Shown here: one piece after another, positions 10,940 through 22,917 of the stretch
How the letters are laid out: the number at the start of each line of letters is the position of its first letter
Numbering within the stretch: position 1 is the stretch's first letter
From: Acinetobacter sp.
Lineage (GTDB): Bacteria > Pseudomonadota > Gammaproteobacteria > Pseudomonadales > Moraxellaceae
DNA: 64,000 nt
Direction of reading: 5' to 3'
NCBI RefSeq assembly: GCF_049284435.1
Contig: NZ_JBAPXX010000043.1
Location: forward strand, 470-64,469
Notes under the pieces: generated by a model
What the model saw: the letters and a program-made list of their open reading frames with translations, nothing else
Databases searched by the model: none
Told to the model about the DNA's origin: nothing
Translations under genes and position numbers: made by a program

Positions 10940-13618
10940 ATGGCTACAATTCATGTCGATGGCAAATCGTATGAAGTCAACGGCTCGGAAAACTTGCTAC
11001 AAGCATGTTTGAGTCTTGGCATTGATATCCCATACTTTTGTTGGCATCCATCCTTAGGTTCTGTCGGCTCTTGCCGTCAATGTGCCGTGACTCAGTACGC
11101 GAATCCAGAAGATACGCGTGGCCGTTTGGTCATGTCATGTATGACGCCTGCATCTGACAATACCTACATCTCGATTGAAGACAAAGAAGCCAAAGATTTC
11201 CGTGCTTCGATTGTTGAATTCTTGATGACCAACCACCCACACGACTGTCCAGTCTGTGAAGAAGGTGGTCACTGTCATTTACAAGATATGACTGTAATGA
11301 CGCAGCATGACCGTCGTCGCTACCGTTTCACTAAACGTACCCATTACAACCAGGAGCTTGGCTCATTCATTTCCCACGAAATGAACCGTTGTATCGCGTG
11401 TTACCGTTGTGTGCGTTATTACAAAGACTATGCAGGTGGTACAGACTTCGGCGTGTATGCCAACGCATCACGTGTGTACTTTGGTCGTCCGGAATCAGGC
11501 ACTCTAGAGTCTGAATTCTCGGGTAACCTGACTGAAGTATGTCCAACAGGTGTATTCACCGATAAAACTCATTCGGCTCGCTACAACCGTAAATGGGACA
11601 TGCAGTATGCGCCAAGCGTATGCCAAGGCTGTTCTTCAGGTTGTAACATCTCTCCGGGTGAACGTTATGGCGAACTTCGTCGCGTAGAAAACCGTTATAA
11701 CGGTGAAGTAAACCAATACTTCCTATGCGACAAAGGCCGTTTCGGTACAGGTTATGTGAACCGTGAAGACCGTCCGCGTCAGCCACAATTCCGTCAAGGT
11801 GCAACTGTTGAAACTGTTTCAGTGGATGCAGCACTAGACACGGTCATTGCAAATATCCAGGGCAAAAAAGTATTGGGTATTGGTTCACCGCGTGCATCAC
11901 TTGAATCAAACTTCGCACTTCGTGAGTTGGTTGGTCAAGAGAACTTCTCAACAGGTCTATCTCAAAAAGAGCAAAACCTGGTGGAGTTGGCAGCTTCTAT
12001 CATGCAAACCGAGGGGGTTTGTAACCCGAACATGCGTGAAATTGAAAGCTATGATGCAGTGCTGATCTTAGGTGAAGACCTGACCCAAACTGCACCTCGT
12101 ATGGCTTTATCTGTTCGCCAAGCTGCGAAAAATAAAGGCAAAGAGATGGCGGCAGAGCGCCGTACGCAAGAATGGTTGGCTGAACCGGTACAACGTATTG
12201 CCCAAGATGCAAAATCTCCGATTTACATCCTGGCTGCGACACAAACCCGTTTGTCTGATGTTGCCGAAGGTGAAGTAGTTGCTTCTCCAAACGATATCGC
12301 GCGTTTAGGTTTTGCAGTTGCTGCAGCAGTTGCGGGTGAAACGATTCTTGGTTTAGATGACGATGCCAAAGCATTTGCACAAACCATTGCGGACACTTTA
12401 AAAGCTGCGAAGAAACCACTGATCATTTCAGGTACAAGCTTGCAAGATCCTGCCATCATGGAAGCTGCTGCACAAGTTGCACAGAATCTGGGTAATGCAG
12501 GTCTGACTTTGACGGTTCCCGAAGTGAACTCGATGGGTATGGCAATCTTTGGTGGTCAAAGCCTAGAGCAAGCATTTGCACAAGATTACGATACTGTGAT
12601 TGTGGTTGAAAACGACCTTTACCGTCGTCTTCCTGCTGCACAGGTCGATGCTGCACTTGCAGGTAAAGATGTGATCGTACTGGATCACTCTGAAACTGAA
12701 ACAGTGAAAAAAGCCGATATCGTGCTTTCTGCTGCGTCGTTTGCTGAAGGTGATGGGACTGTCGTTTCTCAAGAAGGCCGTGCACAACGTTTCTATCAAG
12801 TTTATGACCCAAGCTACTACAATCCTGAATTGGCGATTAAGGAATCTTGGCGCTGGTTGCACGCTCTGGAAACAGGCGTAAAAGGCAAAGCGATTTCTTG
12901 GACTTTACTTGATGATGTAATCGAGTCAGTGGCGAAAAATGTTCCTGCGCTTGAAGGCATTCTGGATGTTGCACCTGATGCGGGCTTCCGTGTTCATGGC
13001 TTGAAAGTGGCACGTGAACCACGTCGTTACTCAGGTCGTACTTCAATGCGTTCGCCATTGTCTGTACATGAGCCGAAACAGCCTACAGATAAAGACTCTG
13101 CATTAACGTTCTCGATGGAAGGTTATGTCGGAGACCAGACCCCATCTCCACTGATTCCATTTGCATGGTCTGCAGGCTGGAACTCGCCACAAGCCTGGAA
13201 CAAGTTCCAGGAAACTGTAGGTGGTTCACTGAAAGGTGGTGATTCAGGCGTTCGTTTATTCGACCGTTTGGCAAAACGTCCGGCACGTACATTCGTTGCA
13301 CCGGCACCTGTTCTGGTGAATGCTGAAAGCTTCCGTCTGGTACCAATGCACCATATCTTTGGTTCAGGTGAATTCACGGTAAAAACACCAGCGATGGAAA
13401 CACGTATTCCTGAAGCGGTATTTGCAGTGGGTGAGCAGGATGCAGCACGCCTGAATGTTCAAGATGGTCAGACAATCACGGTGAAAGCAGGTGAGACGTC
13501 AATCGTTCTTCCAGTTCAAGTGATTGAATATTTACCGACAGGTTATATTGGCTACCCAATCGGTCTGGCACCGACGGTATCTCTTGCAGAGCCTGTTTCA
13601 GTCGCGGTAGGAGTGTAA
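10940..13618 (+). CDS. nuoG: NADH-quinone oxidoreductase subunit G
   Basis: [29 protein letters not shown]. Confidence 0.98.
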   Translation: MATIHVDGKSYEVNGSENLLQACLSLGIDIPYFCWHPSLGSVGSCRQCAVTQYANPEDTRGRLVMSCMTPASDNTYISIEDKEAKDFRASIVEFLMTNHPHDCPVCEEGGHCHLQDMTVMTQHDRRRYRFTKRTHYNQELGSFISHEMNRCIACYRCVRYYKDYAGGTDFGVYANASRVYFGRPESGTLESEFSGNLTEVCPTGVFTDKTHSARYNRKWDMQYAPSVCQGCSSGCNISPGERYGELRRVENRYNGEVNQYFLCDKGRFGTGYVNREDRPRQPQFRQGATVETVSVDAALDTVIANIQGKKVLGIGSPRASLESNFALRELVGQENFSTGLSQKEQNLVELAASIMQTEGVCNPNMREIESYDAVLILGEDLTQTAPRMALSVRQAAKNKGKEMAAERRTQEWLAEPVQRIAQDAKSPIYILAATQTRLSDVAEGEVVASPNDIARLGFAVAAAVAGETILGLDDDAKAFAQTIADTLKAAKKPLIISGTSLQDPAIMEAAAQVAQNLGNAGLTLTVPEVNSMGMAIFGGQSLEQAFAQDYDTVIVVENDLYRRLPAAQVDAALAGKDVIVLDHSETETVKKADIVLSAASFAEGDGTVVSQEGRAQRFYQVYDPSYYNPELAIKESWRWLHALETGVKGKAISWTLLDDVIESVAKNVPALEGILDVAPDAGFRVHGLKVAREPRRYSGRTSMRSPLSVHEPKQPTDKDSALTFSMEGYVGDQTPSPLIPFAWSAGWNSPQAWNKFQETVGGSLKGGDSGVRLFDRLAKRPARTFVAPAPVLVNAESFRLVPMHHIFGSGEFTVKTPAMETRIPEAVFAVGEQDAARLNVQDGQTITVKAGETSIVLPVQVIEYLPTGYIGYPIGLAPTVSLAEPVSVAVGV

Positions 13619-13621
13619 TTC

Positions 13622-14629
13622 ATGGAACAAGAATTAATCCGTCAAACGCCGCTGTGGGCTGAAAACTGGCCAATTGCCTATTCAGTCATTCAAGCGATTG
13701 TGATCTTGCTGGTTGTAGTACTGATCGCTGCGTTGATGTCTTTTATTGAACGTCGTTTACTTGGCTTGTGGCAAGACCGTTACGGTCCGAACCGTGTTGG
13801 TCCGGGCGGTATGTTCCAGATTGTTGCCGACATGCTGAAAATCATGTTCAAGGAAGACTGGACACCTAAGTTTGCTGACAAATTGACTTTCCGTATGGCG
13901 CCAGCAGTTGCGATGGCAACTGCGGTGCTGTCGTTCATGGTTATTCCTGTATCACCTTATTTAGGTGTAGCAGACATGAACATCGGCCTGTTGTTCTTTA
14001 TGGCAATGGCGGGTATTGCAGTTTATGCAGTCCTGTTCGGTGGCTGGTCATCAAATAATAAATATGCCTTACTGGGCGGTTTACGTTCTGCGGCTCAGAC
14101 CATTTCGTATGAAGTGTTCTTGGGTATCTCGTTGATGGGTGTAGTGGCAATTGCCGGTTCATTCAACATGCGTGAAATCGTTGAAGCGCAAAAAGATGTA
14201 TGGTTTGTGATTCCTCAGTTCCTTGGCTTCCTGATCTTTGTGGTTGCGGGTGTTGCGGTAACGCATCGTCACCCATTTGACCAACCAGAAGCGGAACAGG
14301 AATTGGCAGAAGGTTACCATGTCGAATACGGCGGTATGAAGTGGGGGATGTTCTTCGTTGCGGAATACGTCAACGTGGTACTCATCTCTGCATTGATCGT
14401 GACTTTATTCTTCGGTGGCTGGCTTGCGCCATTCAACCTTGATATTCCGTTCCTTCCAGCAGCATTCTGGTTCATTATCAAAACAGCATTCTTTGTAATG
14501 ATGTTTGTACTGGCGCGTGGTTCATTAATGCGTCCACGTTATGACCAGGTGATGAACTTTGGTTGGAAAATTTGCTTGCCATTAGCTCTAGTTAACCTGT
14601 TGGTAACTGGCGCGGTTATCTTGTGGTAA
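13622..14629 (+). CDS. nuoH: NADH-quinone oxidoreductase subunit H
   Basis: [27 protein letters not shown]. Confidence 0.98.
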   Translation: MEQELIRQTPLWAENWPIAYSVIQAIVILLVVVLIAALMSFIERRLLGLWQDRYGPNRVGPGGMFQIVADMLKIMFKEDWTPKFADKLTFRMAPAVAMATAVLSFMVIPVSPYLGVADMNIGLLFFMAMAGIAVYAVLFGGWSSNNKYALLGGLRSAAQTISYEVFLGISLMGVVAIAGSFNMREIVEAQKDVWFVIPQFLGFLIFVVAGVAVTHRHPFDQPEAEQELAEGYHVEYGGMKWGMFFVAEYVNVVLISALIVTLFFGGWLAPFNLDIPFLPAAFWFIIKTAFFVMMFVLARGSLMRPRYDQVMNFGWKICLPLALVNLLVTGAVILW

Positions 14630-14645
14630 GGGCAGGGAGAACAAA

Positions 14646-15188
14646 ATGTTTAAATTTCTAGCCGGGTTTGGATCGATTGTTCGTTCGCTTTGGATGGTGT
14701 TCAGCCACGCAACGCGTAAACGTGACACTATTCTTTACCCAGAAGTACCAGCCGAAGAAATCGTGCCACCACGCTTCCGTGGTCGTATCGTATTGACGCG
14801 CGACCCTGATGGCGAAGAACGCTGTGTGGCATGTAACCTGTGTGCGGTTGCCTGTCCGGTAGGCTGTATTTCACTACAAAAAGCAGAACGTGAAGATGGT
14901 CGCTGGTATCCGGAATTTTTCCGTATCAACTTCTCGCGTTGTATTTTCTGCGGTATGTGTGAAGAAGCGTGTCCAACCACTGCGATTCAAATGACCCCGG
15001 ACTTCGAGCTTGGTGAATATGTTCGTCAGGACTTGGTCTATGAAAAAGAACACCTGCTGATTTCTGGTCCTGGTAAATATCCTGACTATAACTTCTACCG
15101 TGTAACCGGTATGGCAGTTGCAGGCAAGGACAAAGGTCAAGCACAGCGTGAAAGTGCACCTGTTGATGTACGGAGTCTATTACCATGA
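14646..15188 (+). CDS. nuoI: NADH-quinone oxidoreductase subunit I
   Basis: Two CxxCxxCxxxCP motifs. Confidence 0.98.
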   Translation: MFKFLAGFGSIVRSLWMVFSHATRKRDTILYPEVPAEEIVPPRFRGRIVLTRDPDGEERCVACNLCAVACPVGCISLQKAEREDGRWYPEFFRINFSRCIFCGMCEEACPTTAIQMTPDFELGEYVRQDLVYEKEHLLISGPGKYPDYNFYRVTGMAVAGKDKGQAQRESAPVDVRSLLP

Positions 15189-15706
15189 TGTGGCCATTTT
15201 ATTTAATGGCCCTCGTGGCCATTGTCTCTACGGTTCGCGTGGTGACTAACGCGAATCCGGTACATGCTTTATTAAGCCTGATCGTGTCATTGCTTGCAGT
15301 CGCAGGCATGTTCCTGATCGTCGGTGCGCCATTCGCTGGCGCGCTGGAAGTGATTGTTTATGCAGGCGCGATCATGGTGTTGTTCGTGTTCGTGGTGATG
15401 ATGCTGAACCTGGGTGAGCAGACCGTTGAACAAGAACGCAAATGGTTGACCTCATCGGCTTGGGCTTATCCGGCGTTGATGAGCTTCCTGATCGGTTTGG
15501 TGCTGGTATGGGTATTAAACTCTGATTACACACAAGCTTCACTGGTAATGGGTACAGAAATGGTGGGCCCGAAAGCAGTGGGTCAAGCACTCTTTACGCA
15601 ATACTTGTTGTTGGTTGAAGTTGCCGCGATGTTATTGCTTGCTGCCTTGGTAGCTGCATTCCATTTGGGTAAACGTGAACCAGATGCAGAAGAGGAAAAA
15701 GAATAA
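15185..15706 (+). CDS. nuoJ: NADH-quinone oxidoreductase subunit J
   Basis: [17 protein letters not shown]; operon position. Confidence 0.97.
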   Translation: MMWPFYLMALVAIVSTVRVVTNANPVHALLSLIVSLLAVAGMFLIVGAPFAGALEVIVYAGAIMVLFVFVVMMLNLGEQTVEQERKWLTSSAWAYPALMSFLIGLVLVWVLNSDYTQASLVMGTEMVGPKAVGQALFTQYLLLVEVAAMLLLAALVAAFHLGKREPDAEEEKE

Positions 15707-16014
15707 TGGGCAACATCCCTTTAGAGCATGGTTTGATCGTTGCATCTATTCTCTTTGCACTGGGTTTTTACGGTGTGATGGTGCGACGCAACCTACTATT
15801 TATTTTAATGAGCCTTGAAATCATGATGAACGCTGCTGCTTTAGCGTTCGTCCTGGCGGGCAGTGCATGGGCACAGCCAGATGGTCAGATCATGTTTATC
15901 CTGATCCTGACGCTTGCTGCGGCAGAGGCTTGTATTGGTCTTGCGATCGTCCTTCAGTTCTATCATCGCTTCCATCACCTAGATGTGGATGCTGCTAGTG
16001 AGATGCGCGGATGA
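15706..16014 (+). CDS. nuoK: NADH-quinone oxidoreductase subunit K
   Basis: [23 protein letters not shown]. Confidence 0.97.
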   Translation: MGNIPLEHGLIVASILFALGFYGVMVRRNLLFILMSLEIMMNAAALAFVLAGSAWAQPDGQIMFILILTLAAAEACIGLAIVLQFYHRFHHLDVDAASEMRG

Positions 16015-17906
16015 GTTATTTATATCTAACAATTTTATTTCCGCTCATTGGTTTTGTCCTGTTAGCGGCGGGGCGCAACAAGCTTCCGGAATCTGTTGCA
16101 GCAATTATTGGTGTGGGTGCAGTCGGTTTATCTGCACTGTTCGCACTGATTGCAGGTATGGACTTTGTTAATAATGGTTCAACTGCAGTTGTGCAACATC
16201 TTTGGACCTGGTTCAGTGTTGGCGGTTTTGCTCCGGGCATCAGCTTGCAGCTGGATGGCTTGTCTTTATTGATGCTGGGCATGGTGACAGGTGTGGGTTT
16301 CTTAATTCACATCTTTGCATCATGGTACATGCGTGGTGAAGAAGACTTCGCTCGTTTCTTCTCTTACTTCAACCTGTTCGTTGCAAGCATGTTATTGCTT
16401 GTTTTGGGTGACAACCTGGCGTTGTTATTCCTAGGTTGGGAAGGCGTAGGTCTGTGTTCATACCTGTTGATCGGTTATTACTACCAGAACCCTGCAAATG
16501 GTCTGGCGGCAATCAAGGCATTTACCGTGACCCGTATCGGTGACGTATTCCTGCTGATTGCCATGTTCCTGATCTTCCAGCAATTCGGTACCTTGAACAT
16601 TCAGTACATCGTTGAAAATGCAGCGACTGTGATGACTCAAAGTTCTTCACTGACGATCTGGACAGCATTGCTCTTGTTCCTGGGTGCTGCTGGTAAATCT
16701 GCACAGATCCCGTTACAAACATGGTTAGCCGATGCGATGGCAGGTCCGACACCTGTTTCTGCATTGATCCATGCGGCAACCATGGTAACAGCGGGTGTTT
16801 ACCTGTGCTGCCGTCTGTTCGCAGTCTTTGAGCTTGCGCCAGAAGTGATGGTATTTATTTCGATCACAGGTGCGGTGACCTTACTGGTTGCTGGTTTTGC
16901 TGCACTGGTTCAAACCGACATAAAACGTATTCTGGCGTACTCAACCATGAGTCAGCTCGGTTATATGTTTATGGCGGTAGGTGCTGAAGCATACCAAGCG
17001 GGTCTGTTCCATATGCTGACTCACGCATTCTTCAAGGCATTATTGTTCTTGTCGACTGGTGCGGTGATTCTGGCTTACCATCACGAACAAAACATCTTCA
17101 AGATGGGCGGTCTGTTCTACAAGAACAAATTCCTGTTTGCATGTTTCGCGATTGGTGGCGGTGCATTGGCAGCGATTCCATTCCTGACGATTGGTTTCTT
17201 CTCAAAAGATGCGATTCTTGCTGCAGTCTGGACGCAAAGTCATATTGCTGGTTTACCAGTGTATAACACGCTGTACTGGGTCGGTGTTGCAGGTGCATTC
17301 TTAACGTCTATTTATACATTCCGTTTAATCTGGGTTGTATTCTTCGGCAAAGAAAACACGCCTTATCATGAAATCAAAGGTGCAACTTATTGGGCGCCAC
17401 TGGCGATTCTTGCTGTACTTTCAACAGGTCTGGCGATCGTACTAAAAGCACCGGTAATGAGCATTCTGGATGCTGCACAAATTCCAGCCTTCATTATTCC
17501 TGAAGCGCTTGAAGCAGGTGCACATGGTGCTGAATACATCGCAATCGCTGTTGCTTTAACAGGTCTTGCAGTGGGTGTCGTGCTATTCGCTTTTGCTTAC
17601 AATGCAGTCAAACGTTTTGCAGCCACTTCTGTAGGTGCCGGCCTGGTCAATATCTGCCGTAATGCATTAGGTTTCGATACGCTGTATGACATCATTTTCG
17701 TGAAGCCATATTTAATGTTCGCGAAGATCTTTGGTCGTGATCCAATTGATGGCCTATGGCTGGTACTTCCTGCACTTGTTAAAGGTGGTCACAGCTTTAC
17801 AAGTTCACGTCAAACCGGTTCACTGCGTGAATATGCATCTAGTATGGGGCTCGGTGTCGTTGTCCTACTGATGATCTTGATCGTGATTCAGGTCGTGGGG
17901 AAATAA
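16011..17906 (+). CDS. nuoL: NADH-quinone oxidoreductase subunit L
   Basis: [33 protein letters not shown]. Confidence 0.98.
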   Translation: MSYLYLTILFPLIGFVLLAAGRNKLPESVAAIIGVGAVGLSALFALIAGMDFVNNGSTAVVQHLWTWFSVGGFAPGISLQLDGLSLLMLGMVTGVGFLIHIFASWYMRGEEDFARFFSYFNLFVASMLLLVLGDNLALLFLGWEGVGLCSYLLIGYYYQNPANGLAAIKAFTVTRIGDVFLLIAMFLIFQQFGTLNIQYIVENAATVMTQSSSLTIWTALLLFLGAAGKSAQIPLQTWLADAMAGPTPVSALIHAATMVTAGVYLCCRLFAVFELAPEVMVFISITGAVTLLVAGFAALVQTDIKRILAYSTMSQLGYMFMAVGAEAYQAGLFHMLTHAFFKALLFLSTGAVILAYHHEQNIFKMGGLFYKNKFLFACFAIGGGALAAIPFLTIGFFSKDAILAAVWTQSHIAGLPVYNTLYWVGVAGAFLTSIYTFRLIWVVFFGKENTPYHEIKGATYWAPLAILAVLSTGLAIVLKAPVMSILDAAQIPAFIIPEALEAGAHGAEYIAIAVALTGLAVGVVLFAFAYNAVKRFAATSVGAGLVNICRNALGFDTLYDIIFVKPYLMFAKIFGRDPIDGLWLVLPALVKGGHSFTSSRQTGSLREYASSMGLGVVVLLMILIVIQVVGK

Positions 17907-17907
17907 A

Positions 17908-19521
17908 ATGGAAGCTCCAAACAATATTATTTTGCCGGCTCTGATCCTCATTCCGTTCATTGCAGGTTTCATATGCTGGTTGGTCGATAAACTCGACCAA
18001 CACTTACCGCGTTATATCGCGCTGATCGGTATGCTGGTGACGTTGGTCTTGACCATCGTCCTTTGGCAGACTGGTACCTATAACTATGAATTAGGCGGTG
18101 CTACACCTTCGTGGGCTGCCGAATTCAAATTGCCTTGGATTCAAACCCTGGGCATTAACATTCACTTAGCAGTGGATGGTTTATCACTTCTTATGGTTGG
18201 CTTGACTGCACTCCTGGGTGTGCTGGCAGTTGGCTGTTCATGGGGCGAGATTCAAAAGAACGTTGGTTTCTTCCACTTGAACCTTTTATGGTCGTTGGGT
18301 GGTGTCATCGGTGTATTCCTTGCGATTGACCTGTTCCTGTTCTTCTTCTTCTGGGAGATGATGCTGGTGCCAATCTACTTCCTGATTGCCCTTTGGGGTC
18401 ATAAAGGAGCAGAAGGCAAGTCACGTGTTTATGCAGCTAACAAGTTCTTCATTTACACGCAGGTTGCCGGTTTGGTGATGCTGATTGGTATCCTTGGTCT
18501 GGTGACTGTAGGCTATACCATGACTGGCGAAATTCGTTTCGACTACAACTATTTACTAGGTGTGGCGAATACGCTTGACGCTCAGGCTCCAGCGGTGGCT
18601 TATGCATTCATGATCTGTTTATTCATCGGTTTTGCGGTAAAACTTCCAGTTTTCCCCTTACACGGCTGGTTACCAGATGCACATGCACAAGCACCAACTG
18701 CGGGTTCTGTCGATCTTGCAGGTATCTTGATTAAGACTGCGGCGTACGGTTTATTACGTTTCGTGATTCCGTTCTTCCCGGCAGCGTCTGCGCAATTTGC
18801 AGATTTCGCAATCATTCTTGGTTTAATCGGTATCTTCTACGGTGCTTGGTGTGCTTTCCAGCAAACCGACATGAAACGCCTGTTGGCTTATACCTCTATT
18901 TCACACATGGGCTTCGTTTTACTTGCGATCTACGCAGGTAACATCCTGACCTTCCAAGGTCTGATGATCATGATGTTGGCACATGGTATTTCATCTGCTG
19001 CACTGTTCATTATGTGTGGTCAGGTATATGAGCGTGTGCATACGCGTGATATGCGTTTGATGGGTGGTATGCGTGGTCAGTTCCCGTATCTTGCATTCTT
19101 CCTGATGTTCTTCGTTGCGGCGTTGGTGGGTATTCCAGGTCTAGGTAACTTCATTGGTGAGTTCCTGATCCTGATGGGGGCTTATGCGAAATTCCCGGCG
19201 TTTACCATTCTTGCGGCAATCAGCTTAGTATTTGCGGGTCTGTACGGTCTGATCCTGATTCACAAAGCCTTGTTTGGTGTACCAAATGAAGCGCAACAGC
19301 AGCACTATACAAATCCGTTAAAAGATCTAAATGCACGTGAAATCGCATTATTGCTGATCTGTGCGTTTGGTCTACTTTGGCTTGGTCTATATCCACAAAG
19401 CTTCCTTGACGTTTCTAACTCAAGTATGGCGTGGTTAGCGAATAGCTACATTCCAGTTCAAGAAGTGGTTGAAGTTGCTGATCAAGTAACGACTCAACTT
19501 GAAAATGTGGAGATCCAATAA
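17908..19521 (+). CDS. nuoM: NADH-quinone oxidoreductase subunit M
   Basis: FFWEMMLVP, PLHGWLPDAH, LAYTSISHMG. Confidence 0.98.
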   Translation: MEAPNNIILPALILIPFIAGFICWLVDKLDQHLPRYIALIGMLVTLVLTIVLWQTGTYNYELGGATPSWAAEFKLPWIQTLGINIHLAVDGLSLLMVGLTALLGVLAVGCSWGEIQKNVGFFHLNLLWSLGGVIGVFLAIDLFLFFFFWEMMLVPIYFLIALWGHKGAEGKSRVYAANKFFIYTQVAGLVMLIGILGLVTVGYTMTGEIRFDYNYLLGVANTLDAQAPAVAYAFMICLFIGFAVKLPVFPLHGWLPDAHAQAPTAGSVDLAGILIKTAAYGLLRFVIPFFPAASAQFADFAIILGLIGIFYGAWCAFQQTDMKRLLAYTSISHMGFVLLAIYAGNILTFQGLMIMMLAHGISSAALFIMCGQVYERVHTRDMRLMGGMRGQFPYLAFFLMFFVAALVGIPGLGNFIGEFLILMGAYAKFPAFTILAAISLVFAGLYGLILIHKALFGVPNEAQQQHYTNPLKDLNAREIALLLICAFGLLWLGLYPQSFLDVSNSSMAWLANSYIPVQEVVEVADQVTTQLENVEIQ

Positions 19522-19524
19522 GCC

Positions 19525-21069
19525 ATGAACTTCACAATGTCTTTTTCTGAGCTTATGCCTCTAGCACCTGTGATGATCGTGTCGTTAACTGCGATCGTCG
19601 TGATGTTGCTGACCGCAATCAAGCGTAACCATAATCTGGTGGCTACCACCACGGTGATTGGTTTAAACCTTGCTGCGTTCTATATCATTTTCGTTTTGTT
19701 GGCGGGCGTATTTGCACCTGCCAACGTGATGAATCTGTTCATCGTAGATCCATTTACGATGCTGTACCAGTTTGTGATTTTGATTGCTGCACTTGCATGT
19801 GCAACGCTATCTCACGCGTATATCGAAACCTATAAAGATAACCGTGAAGAGCTGTATATCCTGATGCTGACATCCGTTGCGGGTGCCATGCTGATGGTGG
19901 CTAGCTCACACTATGCATCATTCTTTATCAGCCTTGAGTTGATGTCGATTCCTGTATATGGCTTGTTGGCATATACACATCAACGTTCTCAATCGCTTGA
20001 AGCGGGTGTGAAATATCTGGTGCTTTCAGCAACTGCATCTGCAATGCTGCTCATGGGTATGGCATATATTTATGCATATACAGGTACTTTAAGTTTCGTT
20101 GCTGAACCGGGCAAACTGTTTACTGTATTCAGTCAACCGGCTGTCGTGATTGGTCTGGCTTTAATTGTATTTGCTGTGGCATTTAAATTATCGCTTGCAC
20201 CATTCCACAAATGGACACCAGACGTTTACGCTGGTGCGCCAGCGCCAATCGCGACTTTCCTTGCGACTGTTGCAAAAGTGGCTATGATCGGTCTGTTTGT
20301 TCGTTATGCATTGTCTTCAGGCCTAATCCTGGCAGACAGCTTTGTAACGATCATTTCGATTATTGCGGTTCTGTCTATCCTTGCTGGTAACTTGCTGGCA
20401 GTTCGCCAGGTGAACTTGAAACGTATCCTGGCATACTCTTCAATTGCACACTTTGGTTATTTGCTGGTTGCCATCGTAAGTTCACGTAATACGGATTTCT
20501 TACAAGTTCAAGGTTTCGCGACTTTTGAAAGTGTAAACGTCTACGTGATTACTTATGTATTGACCACGATCGGTGCGTTCGGTGTCGTTACGCTGATGTC
20601 TAGTCCGTATAACAATACGGATGAAGCGGGTAGTCTGGCTGAATACCGTGGTTTGTTCTGGCGCCGTCCAGTATTGACTGCTGTATTGACTGTGATGATG
20701 CTGTCTCTTGCAGGTATTCCTTTAACTGCCGGCTTTATCGGTAAGTTCCTGGTGATTAAAACTGCAGTTGCAGGCGAAGCCTGGTTCCTGACTGCAATGG
20801 TGATTCTAGGTTCTGGTATCGGTCTGTACTACTACCTGCGTGTGATGGTTGTGCTTTACATGACACCACCTGAAACACCACGTCTAGATGCGGTGAATCA
20901 TTGGGGTCAAAAAGTGGGTGGTATCATGGTACTTCTTGCTGCGCTTGCGGTACTTGTGATCGGTGTCTACCCAGATCCAGTGATTGCAGTATCTAAATAT
21001 GCATTCTTTGCCATGTCACCTGAATTGCAACAGTTCATTTTCACTTTGGTTCAAAGTGGTTTTAACTAA
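19525..21069 (+). CDS. nuoN: NADH-quinone oxidoreductase subunit N
   Basis: EAGVKY, PFHKWTPDVY, SLAGIPLTAGF. Confidence 0.98.
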   Translation: MNFTMSFSELMPLAPVMIVSLTAIVVMLLTAIKRNHNLVATTTVIGLNLAAFYIIFVLLAGVFAPANVMNLFIVDPFTMLYQFVILIAALACATLSHAYIETYKDNREELYILMLTSVAGAMLMVASSHYASFFISLELMSIPVYGLLAYTHQRSQSLEAGVKYLVLSATASAMLLMGMAYIYAYTGTLSFVAEPGKLFTVFSQPAVVIGLALIVFAVAFKLSLAPFHKWTPDVYAGAPAPIATFLATVAKVAMIGLFVRYALSSGLILADSFVTIISIIAVLSILAGNLLAVRQVNLKRILAYSSIAHFGYLLVAIVSSRNTDFLQVQGFATFESVNVYVITYVLTTIGAFGVVTLMSSPYNNTDEAGSLAEYRGLFWRRPVLTAVLTVMMLSLAGIPLTAGFIGKFLVIKTAVAGEAWFLTAMVILGSGIGLYYYLRVMVVLYMTPPETPRLDAVNHWGQKVGGIMVLLAALAVLVIGVYPDPVIAVSKYAFFAMSPELQQFIFTLVQSGFN

Positions 21070-21094
21070 TATCTGCAAAGATTGACGTTATTAC

Positions 21095-21124
21095 AAAAAA
21101 GCCTCCATGATTGGGGGCTTTTTT
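21095..21124 (+). terminator. Intrinsic terminator of the nuo operon
   Basis: AAAAAAGCCTCCA-TGAT-TGGGGGCTTTTTT. Confidence 0.85.
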
Positions 21125-21192
21125 ATTTATACAAATCAATAAAAGCCTTTATAATAGCAGAAATTTATCTTTAACCTTTTAGGTGTTCTCCC

Positions 21193-21828
21193 GTGGCAAT
21201 CCATGAAATCCGTCATCCACTCATTCGACATAAGCTTGGTTTACTCCGTCGTGCAGATATCAGTACCAAGAATTTCCGTGAGTTAGCTCAAGAAGTGACC
21301 ATGCTTCTAACTTATGAAGCAACTAAAGACCTGCCAATGGTTGAACATGACATTGATGGCTGGAATGGTGCTGTTACAGTTGACCGTATTGCGGGTAAAA
21401 AAATCACGGTTGTGCCAATTCTACGTGCCGGTATTGGCATGCTTGACGGTTTCCTGAACCTGATTCCAAGTGCAAAAGTATCGGTACTTGGTTTAGAGCG
21501 TGATGAAGAAACGCTGGAAGCACGTACCTATTATAAAAAGCTGGTTCCAGACGTACAAAACCGTATCGCGATGATCATTGATCCAATGTTGGCGACAGGT
21601 TCTTCTTTAGTGGCTGCAATTGATGTACTGAAAGCCAGCGGCTGTAAAGACATTCGTGTGATGGTTCTGGTTGCTGCACCAGAAGGTATTAAACGTGTAG
21701 AAGCTGTGCATCCGGATGTCGTGATTTTTACTGCCTCTATCGATAATGGCTTAAATGAAAATGGTTATATCGTTCCAGGTCTTGGCGATGCTGGCGATAA
21801 AATCTTTGGTTCAGTTCAAAAAGACTAA
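21193..21828 (+). CDS. upp: Uracil phosphoribosyltransferase
   Basis: [24 protein letters not shown]. Confidence 0.98.
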   Translation: MAIHEIRHPLIRHKLGLLRRADISTKNFRELAQEVTMLLTYEATKDLPMVEHDIDGWNGAVTVDRIAGKKITVVPILRAGIGMLDGFLNLIPSAKVSVLGLERDEETLEARTYYKKLVPDVQNRIAMIIDPMLATGSSLVAAIDVLKASGCKDIRVMVLVAAPEGIKRVEAVHPDVVIFTASIDNGLNENGYIVPGLGDAGDKIFGSVQKD

Positions 21829-21843
21829 TTTTTGAATATGATG

Positions 21844-21872
21844 AAAAAAGGGGCTACTACAGCCTCTTTTTT
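21844..21872 (+). terminator. Intrinsic terminator after upp
   Basis: AAAAAAGGGGCT-ACTAC-AGCCTCTTTTTT. Confidence 0.75.
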
Positions 21873-21912
21873 ATATAATGTAGACAGGGCATTTTCAGGA
21901 TAGGACAATAGC

Positions 21913-22206
21913 ATGAAAGATGAATTGTATCAGGGCAAAATCAAACAGTATGACCCTGCCAAAGGTTTCGGTTTTATTGGCTGTGCTGAGGGAGATGTAT
22001 TCTTCCATATTTCAGACTTCCCTGCGGCAGAAGGCGAACCAAAACGCAATGAACGCGTGAAATTTAATGTTGTTGAAAATGGCGACAAATATAAAGCGAT
22101 CAAGATTGAACGTGTCGAAGACAACTCAAAGAAAGCTAAAAAAACCAAAGTGGCGACACACAATAAATCGATTACATCGGCACTGTTAAACAACTTCCGT
22201 GGTTAA
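21913..22206 (+). CDS. Cold-shock domain protein with basic C-terminal tail
   Basis: RNP1 KGFGFI and RNP2 VFFHISD. Confidence 0.9.
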   Translation: MKDELYQGKIKQYDPAKGFGFIGCAEGDVFFHISDFPAAEGEPKRNERVKFNVVENGDKYKAIKIERVEDNSKKAKKTKVATHNKSITSALLNNFRG

Positions 22207-22245
22207 TGGATTATTCTCATACTTAATCCTTTTTTGATCACATTT

Positions 22246-22271
22246 AAAAAGAGGCTTTCGAGCCTCTTTTT
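22246..22271 (+). terminator. Intrinsic terminator
   Basis: AAAAAGAGGCT-TTCG-AGCCTCTTTTT. Confidence 0.85.
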
Positions 22272-22396
22272 ATAGGGCCACCACTTACATATTCAAAGAG
22301 ACAGACAACATATAAAAATCCACCAAACAGCAACAATGCTGAACATTTCCTTTGGCTTAGAATACAAATTAAATGAATTCTATAGAGATAGATGTC

Positions 22397-22756
22397 ATGT
22401 TTACGGATGGAAAAATTAAAACTTACGATTCCGAACGTGGTATGGGTATTTTGGAGTTGATAGGGGAGGCTCAAGAGTTAAGTTTCAAGTTACAGGATTT
22501 ACCTTCGCCTGAAATTGAGCCACAAATTGGAGAGCGGCTTAAATTTAGAATCATTCCCCAACAAGAAAGCATGACCTTAGACAACATGGTACGTCTGGAT
22601 ATTAAAGTGCAGGATGAATCTGTGCCAGAAGTCGTCGCCTTGCAATCCTTGGCACCCACAGTCCCCGTTCCGGTACGTAATTCACTTTTCTTTAGTCCGA
22701 CCCTTTGGCTGGCTCTGGTATCAGCTGTTGGCTTTATGGTTTTTGGCGAAGTATAA
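22397..22756 (+). CDS. Degenerate cold-shock domain protein with C-terminal TM helix
   Basis: MFTDGKIKTYDSERGMGIL aligns with the neighbour's MFQEGKIKTYNEDRGFGFI; hydrophobic C-terminus. Confidence 0.75.
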   Translation: MFTDGKIKTYDSERGMGILELIGEAQELSFKLQDLPSPEIEPQIGERLKFRIIPQQESMTLDNMVRLDIKVQDESVPEVVALQSLAPTVPVPVRNSLFFSPTLWLALVSAVGFMVFGEV

Positions 22757-22917
22757 ATAAAAAAGAAATTTTAATTTTTTACTTTTAACTTGGGATCTAT
22801 TCTTCTGTCATAAGATGCACTTCTAGTTTTTGTATTTCTGCTTTAGAGAATTTTACAAAAGATTTTCAGTTTCTTTTTGATTACAATCATAAAAAATATT
22901 AAAGATAAGAGCGAATT

